DNA of 64,000 nucleotides from Schmidtea polychroa (Eukaryota): NCBI GenBank assembly GCA_044892525.1, contig CM097887.1, positions 15,128,001 to 15,192,000 of the forward strand, read 5' to 3'. Shown piece by piece: positions 38,797 to 52,179 of this stretch (position 1 is its first letter; each line of letters starts with the position of its first letter). The notes under the pieces were generated by a model. It saw only the letters and a program-made list of their open reading frames with translations, ran no database searches and was not told where the DNA came from. The position numbers and the translations under genes were made by a program.

Positions 38797-39036
38797 ATTT
38801 AAATTATAATATTCTCTTAATGATCAAAAAAACAATTTTCACAAAAAACAAAATAAATAAATTAATAAACATGTGCCAATTAATATATTTACAAATATTT
38901 TGTAAAATTTATCATATTAAATTTATTCCAATTATTCAGTTCCTATGGCAAATAAATGCATAATATTTTGTTTTAATTTACTTTCCGTGTATTTATTCTC
39001 TAAAGAAATAATGATTTATAATAAATTAGAAATAAA

Positions 39037-39365
39037 ATGGTGATAATTTCTTATTAATTTAGTGAATATATTTACACTCCCGTATTGCTATTTTATCAAA
39101 TTTGATTTTAATTGTAATTCCTATATTTATATTTATTTTATATTTTTAGAGATCTTATTTATTAATATTAATTATTTTGGTAACAAATTCGATTGAGATG
39201 GGTCAAACCTGTAAACCAGATGATTGTAAGTAACTCAAAAAATTTACAAAATTATATTTTTCTGTAGGTTATAAAAAAAATGCACCCGTCCGACGTGATG
39301 ATTGTGGTATTTGTTGCAATGGATGTGACCCTATAAACAATACTAATGCGGCACTTTGTTTGTGA
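39037..39365 (+). CDS. Secreted cysteine-rich peptide, copy 4 (exons 39037-39039, 39150-39225, 39268-39365; 58 aa)
   Basis: Spliced ORF MRSYLLILIILVTNSIEMGQTCKPDDCYKKNAPVRRDDCGICCNGCDPINNTNAALCL*, with 7 Cys. Confidence 0.85.
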
Positions 39366-40615
39366 AAATGAAATCATTATTTTGATTAATTATATTATTA
39401 TTGTTATTATTAGGGATTGATGATTTCTTGGTAGCAACAACAATTAAATGTTAAGCAACTAAATCATAATTTAAGCCTATTGGGGCGAATTATATATTTA
39501 ATAAAAATGAAAAAATGTCAACTATAAAAATAACCCTTTTAAATTTCCAGGAATTTAGATTCTTCTATTTTAGCAAATGGAAACATCCAAAAGAAAATTG
39601 TCAGATTTAATGAAGCAATTCTCAATATAAACAAAGGGTCAACAATCAAACTACAGAAGAGATCAATAAAATCACCAGTTTGATTTGTTTTTATTGGCCT
39701 TGAGAATATCTTTCTTAAAAAATTAAAAAATAATAAATTAAAAATAATATAGAAAAACTATCCTAAATTTAGAAAAATATACTTTTAGAAATTATCAGGA
39801 ATAAAAATAAAAATTAAAAAAAATATTTTTAAATAGGGTAAATAAATAGTTATTGAAAACTATAATTTTTAAAAATATTTTATCATATTATTCATTTAAT
39901 GAAGTTTCTATGAGCTAATTATAAAAGATTTATTGCTTTGTTTTGAATTTGAGAGGATATTTAATAAAATATTTCTAAATTATTCAATAGAGGTTTATTT
40001 CTAACCAATGAGAATTAAGAAAAAAGAAATAAAAGAGAAGATCAAAAAGCATTTTGCAATGTGTGATGCTTTTTCTACTTTTAGCAGACAATCTAAAATT
40101 TGTATTTTTACTTCTAAAGAAATAAACTTTCTCTTCCGAATTTTTTTTATATTTTCACCAGACATAGTTTAGAACTGAAATTTATTTTTCAAAAAATAGT
40201 CTTACTTAATTACAAAAAATTAACTCCTTATTAATTACTTTTAAAAATTTAATAAAATCGATTCCTTTTAAATTAAAATTTATTTAAATATTTTGTTTAC
40301 TATTTCACAATTACACACAATATATTTTTTTCTATTTACAAAATATGGACTGCGCTCTTGCGATGGGCTCCACAAAATGCTAAAATATATGTTATTACAA
40401 ATTTATATGTTACAAAAAGAATTCATAACTATTGGATAAAAAAGCACCTGCATAGAATTTTTAAATTTAGGAATCCAGCCAGAAAACTGAGAATTTTTTT
40501 TGTAACAGCGAATTTGTGTACATACACAAAAAATAAATTAAGACTTGCATTTTTGAAATAATAAAATAAGGGTATTCCCAAATTGTATTTTATGTCAATA
40601 TTATAATTTTCTTAA

Positions 40616-40845
40616 CACGTTGACTGCCATATGCCCCGTCCGCAGTACACAGTACGTTTTTATACATATGCCACGTGTAGCGCCGGCGGTACATACATAA
40701 TACTACTGAATAATCATGTTTTCTTGTGGCAGTGGGCTTAAACTGTTTATTTATATACAGTGGCACCTTGATAAAAGTAATGTACTATAATGTACTACGG
40801 CACCGTAGGAATGTAGTATTTATATATATGGTGGCAGTCAACGTG
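40616..40845. mobile_element. piggyBac-type MITE, 230 bp
   Basis: Perfect 14-bp TIR CACGTTGACTGCCA flanked by TTAA on both sides. Confidence 0.85.
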
Positions 40846-41186
40846 TTAAAAAAATAGTATTGTAGAAGTACCGTGTTATAAGAGGTTTTCGGAAATATTT
40901 GTAATCGTGTTAGAGTGAAATCGTGTTGTGGCTTACCAATTCTTTTATTATTAATAAATTGCCTTAATTATATGTTCCATTACCATAACCTATTTCAAAT
41001 AAACAAACTGTCATTTTCCTGAACTGTGATATAATATTGATAAATAATATAAATTCTAACTTGTTATTAGTTTCAAATACAAATAAACCTAGAAATGATT
41101 AACTAGCGAATACTATTAATTTATCTGATCATAACTTTAGATTAAAATGTTCGTCACTCCACAATGATTGAGTTTATGATGTATGG

Positions 41187-41505
41187 CAGTGCTTCTTAAA
41201 CTTTTTTCATTCGCGACCCCATTAATGATTGTAAACCTTTTTTGCGACCACTTATAATTTAAAATAAAGATATATAAATTTTTTGGGAAGATTTATTAAT
41301 TAAGTAATATTATAAATACATATGACAAAATTGACGTTTCAGAGTTGGTCACTACGGACAAATTTCCATTTGCCTAATGAGTAGGGAAACATACGACAAT
41401 TATGCAATTTTATGTATTTGAATATTTTATATAAAAATTTCGCAACCCCAATATTTCGCTAGGCGACCCCAAATGGGGTCGCGACCCATAGTTTAAGAAG
41501 CCCTG
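41187..41505. mobile_element. hAT MITE, 319 bp
   Basis: TIR CAGTGCTTCTTAAACT / AGTTTAAGAAGCCCTG and a perfect TSD ATGTATGG. The empty site is present in the paralogous copy at ~10044-10051. Confidence 0.92.
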
Positions 41506-41875
41506 ATGTATGGTCATAAGAAACTTTCAACTCAGAATCATGTCATTTATATATCTTTAAGTCATCACATTCGAGTAAAACATTCAAATAAATAAATGTT
41601 TAAATATGTTATTTAATTAAAAATCATTTGAAAATAAATGAGACATAAATTATATAAATTAAAACAAAAAACATTAAATAAAAATACATTAAAGAAATAA
41701 ACAAAATATATATGAAAGATTCTTTTAATCGAAATTTCAAACAAATAAACAATAAAATTATAGTTTATATATTAAATAATTAATAATTATAACAAAAACT
41801 TTAATCTAGAATTCAATGTTATATGAAAATCAATAGTTTATTAAAACAAAATAAAAATAATAATCAAATAATTCA

Positions 41876-42160
41876 TTATTGAACTTGAAATTGCAATTTC
41901 TTTATATCGTTGGTGACCAGATTTTTTAGGGATATCGCATGGAATCGGATCAACAGTCCATAAATGGCCATGAAAAACTTTACAAAATTATATAATTTAT
42001 ACATTTGCATTAACATTTCCTTTCTCTTACTTCAAAAACGACGAAAATTGTCACAACTAGCAAAATGGTCACTAAGGCGGATGTATTTCCTGTAATTGAC
42101 TGGAATTTATTGAGACAAATCTGAATATATTGCATTAATGCACTTTCACCCAATAAATAT
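41876..42160 (-). CDS. Two 3' exons (42160-42031, 41977-41876) of a membrane protein gene, tetraspanin-like TM4 and tail
   Basis: Canonical splice sites and a 53-nt intron. The product ...ICLNKFQSITGNTSALVTILLVVTIFVVFE|FFMAIYGLLIRF... has Cys, then ~10 aa, then a long hydrophobic helix with an intramembrane Glu. Confidence 0.55.
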
Positions 42161-43555
42161 CTATATTATTAATAAATATTCATGCAATCACATAAACAAA
42201 TTAATCAATTATTCTATTTTTTATCTTGCAACAAATTTCAGATTAGTTTTTTCATTGAAATTTTATAATTTTCTATGACTCATTTCCTTTTCCATCTGTC
42301 AAATTATTATGGCAACAAAATAATATAAATAATAATTAAATAGCTTTTGTTTTTTGTTTAAATTAAATGAATTTTTTGATATAATAATAATTTTTTATAT
42401 AATAACTTTATTGTTTTAAATAATAACAATAATGTTTTAATAATTATTATGCTTAAAATATTTATAATTTCAAAATAACTTTATCACAGGTCTGGTTCGG
42501 GCAACAGTTGAACTAAAATATAATTATTTATATAAAATTATTAAATATTAATATTAACCAGCAGATGAACTATATCTGATATTCGAAATTTCAATGTTTG
42601 GAAATGTATTTTATCCTTGTTTATTTCACGTATTAATGTTTCAGATATTTCATATTTCTGTGGTAATTAGATAAAATAAATTTTTAAATGAAAATATATA
42701 ACAATAGTAGGTAGTTAGTGGCCCTCTAGAGCACTACCATCCGGTACAGCCTAGCCCTCCCCTGAATTTTTTAAGTTGCTGCCGAGGAGTGATAGCTATG
42801 TAATGGAGATGAGACTACGGGATAGTCGTGCTGCTGAGGGGTAATAGCTGTGTAATGGAAATCTTTTAAATACATCACATTTTTCAAACTATAGTGTGGA
42901 GATCTCTATACAATCCTCGCTAAAAAAGCCTGTGCTGTAGTGGGTTACATGGTATTTTTTCAAATTCACACCTTAGTCAGTGGTTCTCAAGAACTATTTC
43001 TAACTTCTTATATTCTTGACAAAATCTTAAAAGTCAACCAGATACTTACAACTAAGTGCTAACAACCAAGTACCTGCAACTTACAACCAAGTACTTACAA
43101 CTAGATATCTACAACCGAATACCAAGTACTTATACTTACAACCAGATACCTGCCACTAGATACCAATTACGTACAACACGAAGAACTAGGTACCAAGTAA
43201 AAATGTTATTTCTTCAGTTTATTTTATCAAATGATTTTTAAATAATTAAATATTTTTATTCGTGTTGGAATTCAAAAACATTGTTTTAATTAAATTAAAA
43301 TCAGTAGTTTAGAAAACCTTTTCTGATTAAGTAAATTTTGTAGTCTAAATTTAACAAAAATGATGACTTTCGTCAAATAATGAATGGTAAATGAGAATAA
43401 TTGTCAACTCAATCACTTTAAAATAATAAAACAAATAATAAAAAAAATAAATAATAAAAAATAATGAAATGAAAATTAAGTAAAATGATGCAAATATTTC
43501 AAAATTACAACGAAAGACATATAATATAGAATTCTAATTTTTAATCACAAAAAAT

Positions 43556-45052
43556 CTGCTCTCAACTCTCCTATAACGCGGTATTTTTATAACATGATTT
43601 CCATATAACGCGAAGTGAAAATTGGGGCTGTTTTCCTATAACGCGATGCGATCTTCTTATAACGCGTTTTTGTACAATGATTTTCCAACAACTCAAATGA
43701 CGTGCAAAATTTAATTATGGCTATTTTTATTCGATGTTTCGAATGCAAATTTTTCTTAGAGGCTAATTCACCTTTTCTCTGTTTTAATTACGTATTAGGT
43801 AAGTAACAAACAATAAATCATTCCTTTTCATTTAGTTTATGTTTAAAGTTGCTTTACAATTGTTTTTATTTGTTAAATATACGTTATTGAAGCTGTATAA
43901 CATTAAAGATCATACTTATATGTTGGTAAAATTCTTTATTTTCTTCAGTAATCGGATAAAAAAATTTTTATAGGGTTAGTGTAATGTATTGTAATTCTTT
44001 ATTTTTTTGGTTTGGTTAATCGTATGGTATGAATGCAAATAACAATTCTGCACATTGCACGTGGAGAAGGTTTTTAAAAAATAAAATAAAAAACCTTCTC
44101 CACATGCAATGTGCAGAATTGTTATTTGCATTCATACCATACGATTAACAAAACCAAAAAAATAAAGAATTACAATACATTACAGTTAGTAAAATATCTG
44201 AAATATGTATAAAATCAAAAAAAAATTAAAAAAAAAATTTCTAATTCTTGCGGAGAAAATTGTAATTTTAAATCGTTTAAAGAATGGCGAAATATCTTGT
44301 GTTGCGAAATCGTTAAATTTTAATGAATCTAGAATTCGGACTTTAAAGAAAAAATGTGAAGAAAATAAAAGAATCGATTGCAGATGGTTGCATATCAAGT
44401 ACGAAGCGCGCTACTTATATACCAAACGTTAATATGGTAAAAATGGAACGAGCATTGATGCTGTGGTTGGAAGATTGTATAGAAAAAAAGATAACTGTAA
44501 GTTGGAAATATTTTTGAGAGAAAAGCACTTAAAATCTATGAGCTTTTAAGAAGAAACTACATTTGAAAACCAGCAAGAAAATTTGCAAAATGAGTAGGAT
44601 TTTCATCCAATTAGAAAAAAAAGTTGACAGCTAATATTTGAAGTGATGATGAATAATAAAACATATAATTTTAATTTTCTGTTTAGTTTTTAATTTATGA
44701 ATTATGAATATTCAAAAAAATACTCTTTGTTATCTTATAAAATTCAATCATGAACCCTATTTAATACGTGTACAATTGTGTACGTGTACATTTTTAATAT
44801 GTGTACAATTTATTTATTTCTAAGATTCCATACAACGCGGTATGAGTTTATTCAATTTAAATTAGTTTCTTATAACGCGTTTTCCATATAACGCGACAGT
44901 GGTTTTCATATAACGAGATATAAGATGATTTGTCTTATCTCTATGTTTCTCATGACGCGATCTCCATAAAATTCATTTACAAAATCGAGTTTCTTATAAC
45001 ACGTTTCCATATAAACCGGTACAATTCCATCTCTTTATAGGAGAGTTAACTG
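43556..45052 (+). mobile_element. Tigger/pogo-like element with CENP-B-type HTH transposase relic (~44205-44560)
   Basis: KKFLILAEKIVILNRLKNGE..CVAKSL.FNESRIRTLKK and MERALMLWLED. The right end is GAGAGTTAACTG+TA, with repeated TATAACGCG subterminal motifs. Confidence 0.8.
43980..44184. repeat. ~95-bp-arm near-perfect hairpin inside the Tigger element
   Basis: 43980-44075 is the reverse complement of ~44088-44184 with about 2 mismatches. Confidence 0.9.
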
Positions 45053-47834
45053 TACTAAATTATTAGTAACCGACCAACTAAATTATTGATAAAATGATGT
45101 TAATCAAAGACAAATTATTTTAAAAATTTCTATTACAAGAAATAAATTGAATTTAAAATCATTATATTTTTAAGTATATGTGCAAATCTAAATTAAAATC
45201 AACCAATCTTTGAATAAACTTTTTAAATTGGTAAATTAATTTGTCAAGGCTTAAAATAATAAATAACTTTGAATATATTTTCAGATTATTAGGACACATT
45301 AAATTACTTAAATAAAGTTGTTATTTCGAAATAAAACTGTCTTATAAAATGATCCTTACACAATGACCACTTAACTAAATATTCAATACTGAATATACTG
45401 AAATTTGTGATTTAGTTTGGAAAATATATCATAATAATTGCTTGAATATCATTAGGGGAATTAGTGAATAATTATAATAACACAATGAGAAATTATAATT
45501 TCTAGTCAGGTATTAGATTGTAAATTGGATAATATATTTTTGTTGATTTGTAGAAAATCTTGATTTTAGTGAGTTCTGATCTTTTAGAGGGCTCTTATTA
45601 CATAGATTTAGTTACTAAATTATTTCAATTAATGAATATTGAGTCTCGGTGACAATTAGTTAAAGAAAATTCATATTTTTGAAGAAATTTTACATTCCCT
45701 ATGGGTTTTAAGAAGATTTAATCGATAGATAAATTAAAGAGAGATCTACGACCTCAAATGAGTGGAATTTCAGGAAACTTTTGGGAAAATAAGGGATATA
45801 GTCAGTTGTATATTGATGCTTAAAGGAGGTATAATTATAGTCATTTAGTGAAGTATCGGTTAAGATGGAAATATATGATTTTTAAAGGGATATAGTCGAT
45901 TGGATATTGATGTTTAAAGATAGAATTATAGTCATTTGAAAAGGGATAAATGTTGGTGTATTAAGGTCATTTAGTGAGATTTTCAGATCTCTTGAAGACT
46001 GGTTTAGAACCCAGATTAATAATATTTTAGCTCTAGTGATAATTGGGATTGATATCAATTGATACATTAAATTATTTTAAATTATTTAAGATGTTATAGG
46101 CAGGAAATGATTGGAAGAATGAAAAAGGTAGGAAGAGGAATGTTGGGTGTCGTAACAGTTAAAGAAAAATGATCTATATTGTGGGGAAGTTTCTGATTTT
46201 TCATGTGGTTTTAATTAGATTTCTAGAGATTAAATCAGCTGAATATCAGTTAATGGTAAAATATGAGCATTTGAAGAAATGTAGAGATTTTATTGGATGG
46301 ATAAATTTAATCTTTCAATGGAACTAGTAGGTTAAATGTGAATTGTACAGTAATAAAAATCTTTATTTTTTTAAAGTTCTAGAAGACTGTGGTTTAGAAC
46401 AAAGATTTAATTATTTTTAATTATAATTGGATTTATTGAACTTAAACGAGTTTCAATCGATTTTATAAATTATTTAGGGTTAATGACCAATTAAATTTTA
46501 GATGTTTTATTAGGAGATATTTGTGATAATAGGAATTAAGGTCAAAGTTTAAGATAGAATTATAGTAATTTAAATGACTTTTAAGGAATTTTATTGATCT
46601 GATATTAAGAGGGAAATTTGTTACGGGTATTTATCGATAAAATAACAATTTTAAAAGACAGGTAGATATTTCAGGAAAATTTGATGCTTTTTAGATGATT
46701 TTAGTGGAGAATTCGCTTGGATATAAAAAATGGTAGAATATTGACATTGATATAAATTTACTGGTTAATTCGATGATTTAAGGTAATCATTAGGAGGTTT
46801 ATATCTCTTTTGGAATTTAATGATTATTATTTCAAAGTTGAATTGTTTACTTGGATAATTTATAAATTAATTTATACTGAAATTTCTGAATAATTTGATC
46901 AATTAATTTATTCAATCTAAATAAATTATTTATTAAATCTTATTGGAAAATTCTTATTCACTTCAAGGAAGATCTTTGATTATTCATAATTAATAACTTG
47001 AATGATCAGCATTTAAGGTAAATATTTACTAGATTATTATTGACTAGATTATTATTATTAATTTAAAGTTCTTTTGTTATCCATTAATTACATTTTTATG
47101 ATATTGATTTACTATGTTTTGAATAATTAAAATTTTTACATGTTATTTTTATATAATTTCCTCAATTTTACCTAGATTTTGGAAAACCCTACAAGTACAG
47201 GTGCCTTGAGTTTAGTTAATCAGTTGCATTTTTGTTAATTTTTTCATTCAATGATTATCATTTTCTTCAATGAAGAAGATTTTCTTTTAAAGATCAATCA
47301 ATTTGTTAATACATAGTTGTAGGTGCCTAGTAATTGAAATCTGGTTCTAGGTTGTTTTTGTCATTGATATCTTATGCTAGGTAGACGGTATCTGATTGTA
47401 GGTACTTAGTTGTAAGTACTTGGTATCTGTTTATTAAATTATTATTATTATTATTACTATTATTATTATGATTAGCAAGAATCTGCATTTAAATTTGTCT
47501 TTAAAAATTATTTCATAAAAGTTTCCTTACTTTTTTAAAATTCTCGGTGGTTAATGGCTTTTCTAAATACCTGACAGTAAATTTTAAATTATTAATTTAA
47601 TATACTTATTTTAAATTATTACACTAATTTACTTTAATTCAAATATTTTGCTTTAGTTAATTAAAATCTATTACTTAATTTAAAAATAAAACACTAATTT
47701 GCTTAATTTTAAAATACAAGTCTTAATTTACTAAATTACCATATATAGCCCTTAATTTAATTAATTACTAAATATAGGACTTAAATTATTTAATTACCAC
47801 TTGGCAATCGATTAATCAAAATATTGGACCATAA

Positions 47835-49693
47835 AAGTAGGTAGTTAGTAGCCCGCTACAAAAATTGCCCCCTACCGGTGAGGAGAAGGGGGTTGTTGAA
47901 CGACGTTTTTTGTTGCACAATGGTATTTTTGCTTTTTTTGTTACGTAATTGTTGCAGTGGGTCACACTTTCTTTTTCTGAGATTTTCAATACAAAAAAAA
48001 TATTCAATACAAAAAAAGGTCCTATAGAAAAAAAGCCATGATTTCTCTGATTATAGTGACGAGGTCTCGATAGAATCTGAGAATATCAATACAAAAAGGT
48101 GGTCTTCAATAAAAAGCATGCATTTTCCAAGTAAATTGAGGTAGTCTACTTGGTCCAAGGATTTTCAATACAAAATCCGATTCTCGATAAAAAGCATGGT
48201 AATTAAAGGTCTCAGGATATTTTCAATACAAAATCCAACTTTTACTAAAATAGCATGGATAACCAAGTATAATTTGGGTGGGTCTCAATGGTCCTGGGAT
48301 TTTCAATACAAAAATGGGGTCTTCAATAAAAAGCATAGTAAATTATAGGCCTAAAAATTGAATTAAAGTAAATCAAGGTTCAAATTTTTAAAATAAAGTA
48401 AAATACAGGCTCAAATAAGTAAAGTAAATTATGGTTCTAAAATTTGAATTAAAGTAAATTAGGGCTATGTTAATTAAGATAAATAGGTAAATTAATTGCT
48501 AATTTTTAAATGGTCTAAAATTTAAAAGTTAAAGTAATATTTTTAAATTAAGTAAATTAAAGTAAAAATTTAAAAATAAAAGTAAATTAAAATAAGATTT
48601 TTTATAAACTTATTATCAAAAAGTTAAAATAATAGTCGATGTTTGAGAATGGAAAATTTTAAATGAATATTTTAATGGAATATTTTTCAAAGTCAATTTT
48701 AGATTGAAATTCTTATGAAATATTTTTAAAAGTCAATTTTAAATAGAAAACTTTATGACATATTTTCCAATGTTAATTTTAGATGCAAATCTCTGACCAC
48801 ATGAAATTATTGGTTAAATATGAAAATAAGGGTTATATTTGGTTGTTAAGTAAATTATGGTGTAAAATTAAATAAATAGGTAAATTAAGGATAAGTAAGC
48901 AAATTATGGGCTCAAATCTTTGAATTAAAGTAAATAAATGGATATATTTGGTAAACAAGTGTTAAATTAAGTAATCAATGATCTAGAAGTTTAAATAAAT
49001 AAATTAAAGTTGAAAACTTGAAATTAAAGTAATATTTTAAAATTAAAGTAAATTAAAGTAATAATTTTAAATTTATTAACAAAAGATTGAATAACCACAA
49101 ACTTTATGAGAAATGTAATTTTTTAAAGGAAATTTTAATGAAATAATTTTTAAAGATAATTTTTAAAGTCAATTTTTAATAGAAATTTAAATGAATTATT
49201 TTTAAGTTAATTTTTAATGGACATTTTTATGAAATAATTTTTAAAGTCAAAAAAAAGTTTTCTAAAAAGCATTTGATAAAATAAAATTAAGAATAATTAG
49301 TTGGTTGTTGGTATATATATGTAAGCATCTAGTTGTTTGAGAGGTAGTTAGTACTTGGTAACTAGTGGTTAGCTGTTTGTTAGAAGTACATAGTTGCTAG
49401 TATTTGGTACCTAGCTGGTTGCATGTTGTTGGTTGACCTTTTAGATTTTGACAAGAAAAAAAATATTTTACTTGCTGAATTAAGAAGAGCTTATTATAAG
49501 CAAGTACTTGATAAATAATTTTTATTAAGTCTTTAATTGGTGTTATTTTATGTGTATGTATGTGTTTGTTGTACTTGTTTGTTATTACATAGTTGTTGTT
49601 ATTACATGGTACTTGATAACTGGTTGTAAGTACTTGGTATCTAGTTGAAAATACCTGGTAGTTTTTAGTATCTGATTGTTGAATTATTATAAC

Positions 49694-49773
<80 letters not shown>

Positions 49774-49945
49774 GTATAAAGTGATAATTTAAGCCTTTTG
49801 CTGCGAATAATGTATTAAATGAAGGAATTTTGGAGATTGACAAGGACTATCTTATAGTCGAAAGTTTCTTCATTAAATAGACTATTCGCAGCAAAAAGCG
49901 TTAATTATTACTTTATTGTATTATTATTATTACTATTATTATTAT

Positions 49946-49977
<32 letters not shown>

Positions 49978-51677
49978 AAATTTGCATTTAAATTTGTCTT
50001 TGAAATAAATTTTATAAATATTTTCATTTAAATTTTAGTTTAAAAATTATTTCATAAAAAATCCCATTAAAATTTAACTTAAAAAATAATTCATTAAAAT
50101 TTCCTTTAAAAAATGACATTTCTTATAAAGTTTGTGGTTTTCAAACTTTTCTTAATAAATTTAAAATTATTACTTTAATTTACTTATTATATTAATTTAC
50201 TTTCATACTACTTTCATTTAAAGTTTTTAACTTTAATTTACTTAATTTAACCCTTGTTTACTAAATATATCCATTGATTTACTTTATTGACCTATTTATC
50301 CTTTATTACTTAATTTTACTCTATAATCTACTTAACAACCAAATATAACCCTTATTTTCATATTTAACCAATAATTTCATGTGATCATTGATTAATTCAC
50401 AGAGATTTACATCTAAAATTAACATTGGAAAATATTTAATAAGGTTTTCTATTTAAAATTGACTTGAAAAATATTTCTGTGAAAGTAATTAAATTGAAGA
50501 AGTATTTAATTTCCAGATTTAAATAGATTTAAATAATATAATTAAAGTAAATAATAAAATTATAAATTAAAATAATAAATTAAATATATTTAAGAATGAT
50601 TGAAGATTAAAATATAAAATATTTATTGAATGCTTGTGTACGAATATTCCTTATTCAAATATTAACTCATGCTTGCGAAAATATCCTCTAAGCTAAAAAC
50701 AGTGATTGTTTTAATAATAGAGATTTTTGTTGTTTTTAAAAATATAGTTTTGTTTTTAAAATATGGATGTGATCAATTTAAGAAACCAAACTTCTAATAA
50801 TTTCATTAAAATGTTCATTAAAAATTGACTTTGAAATTTATTTCATTAAATTTATTTCACTATTATTTAAATTTAAAAATCTTACTTTAATTTACTTAAT
50901 TTACAAATATTACCTTAAATTAGCAATTAATTTACATATTCATCATAATTAACTTATCCCTAATTTGCTTTAATTTAGTTTTTAGACCATTGATTTACAA
51001 TAATTCAATTTTTTAACCTTAATTTATTTAACTTTAAAATTTAGACCCTTGATTTACTTTTGTTGAAATATTTGGACCATAATTTACTTTAAATAAATTT
51101 TTTAGACCCGTTATTTAATTTTTTTCAATTTTTAGACCCATAATTTACCTATTTATCCATAATTTACCATGCTTTTTTATTGAAGACCCCATTTTTGTAT
51201 TCAAAATTCCAGGACCAAGGAGACCTACCCATATTATACTTGGTTATCGATGCTTTTTTAGTGATAGTTGGATTTTGTATTGAATATATCCTGAGACCTT
51301 AAATTACCATCCTTTTTTATAGATAATCAGATTTTATATTGAAAATCCTAGGACCAAGGAAATCCACTTCAATTTACCTGGAAAGTGCAAGCTTTTTATT
51401 AAATACCACCATTTTGTATTGAAATTCTCAGATTCTATCAAGACCCCGTCACTATAGTCAAAGAAATCATGGCTTTTTTTCTATAGGATATTTTTTGTAT
51501 TGAATTTTTTTTTATATTGAAAATCCCAGAAAAAATAAATATGGACCACTGCAACAATTACCTAACAAAAAAGCAAAAAAACCATCGTGCAACAAAAAAC
51601 GCCGTGCAACAACCCTCTCCCTCCCTCTTCACCGGTGGGGGAGGTAATTGTTGTAGCGGGCTACTAACTGCCTACTT
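47835..51677. mobile_element. Foldback-type element (~3.8 kb) with long modular TIRs and no ORF
   Basis: AAGTAGGTAGTTAGTAGCCCGCTACAA at the left mirrors the right end. The inverted arms extend >550 bp and are built from GGATTTTCAATACAAAA / AAAAAGCATGG subrepeats. ATAA lies on both flanks. Confidence 0.8.
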
Positions 51678-52179
51678 ATAAATTCTATGTACAAAACATC
51701 CTGGGACCATAAAATACTATTGATTTTTTAATAAGGATCGGATTTTTTATTGAAAATCCCTGGGACCAAAGAGACCCTCTCACTATAGTCTGACAAATGT
51801 GCTGTAATCAAAAGTTATTTAATTGAAATATTTTCATTATACAGCAATTTACCCCTTTGCAGCACGACTATCCTGAGTCTTAGCTCCATTACAAAGCTTT
51901 TACATCTCTCCTGATTTAAGGGGGGCGGGCGGTAGAGACCCTGTACCAGATANNNNNNNNNNNNNNNNNNNNNNNNNNNNNNNNNNNNNNNNNNNNNNNN
52001 NNNNNNNNNNNNNNNNNNNNNNNNNNNNNNNNNNNNNNNNNNNNNNNNNNNNNNNNNNNNNNNNNNNNNNNNNNNNNNNNNNNNNNNNNNNNNNNNNNNN
52101 NNNNNNNNNNNNNNNNNNNNNNNNNNNNNNNNNNNNNNNNNNNNNNNNNNNNNNNNNNNNNNNNNNNNNNNNNNNNNNA

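Noticed and set aside
45100-46200. Possible Gypsy protease/RT relic on the minus strand (PLI*GRRSL, FSKLN)
   Set aside because: Only isolated 4-5 residue matches, with no catalytic YxDD recoverable.
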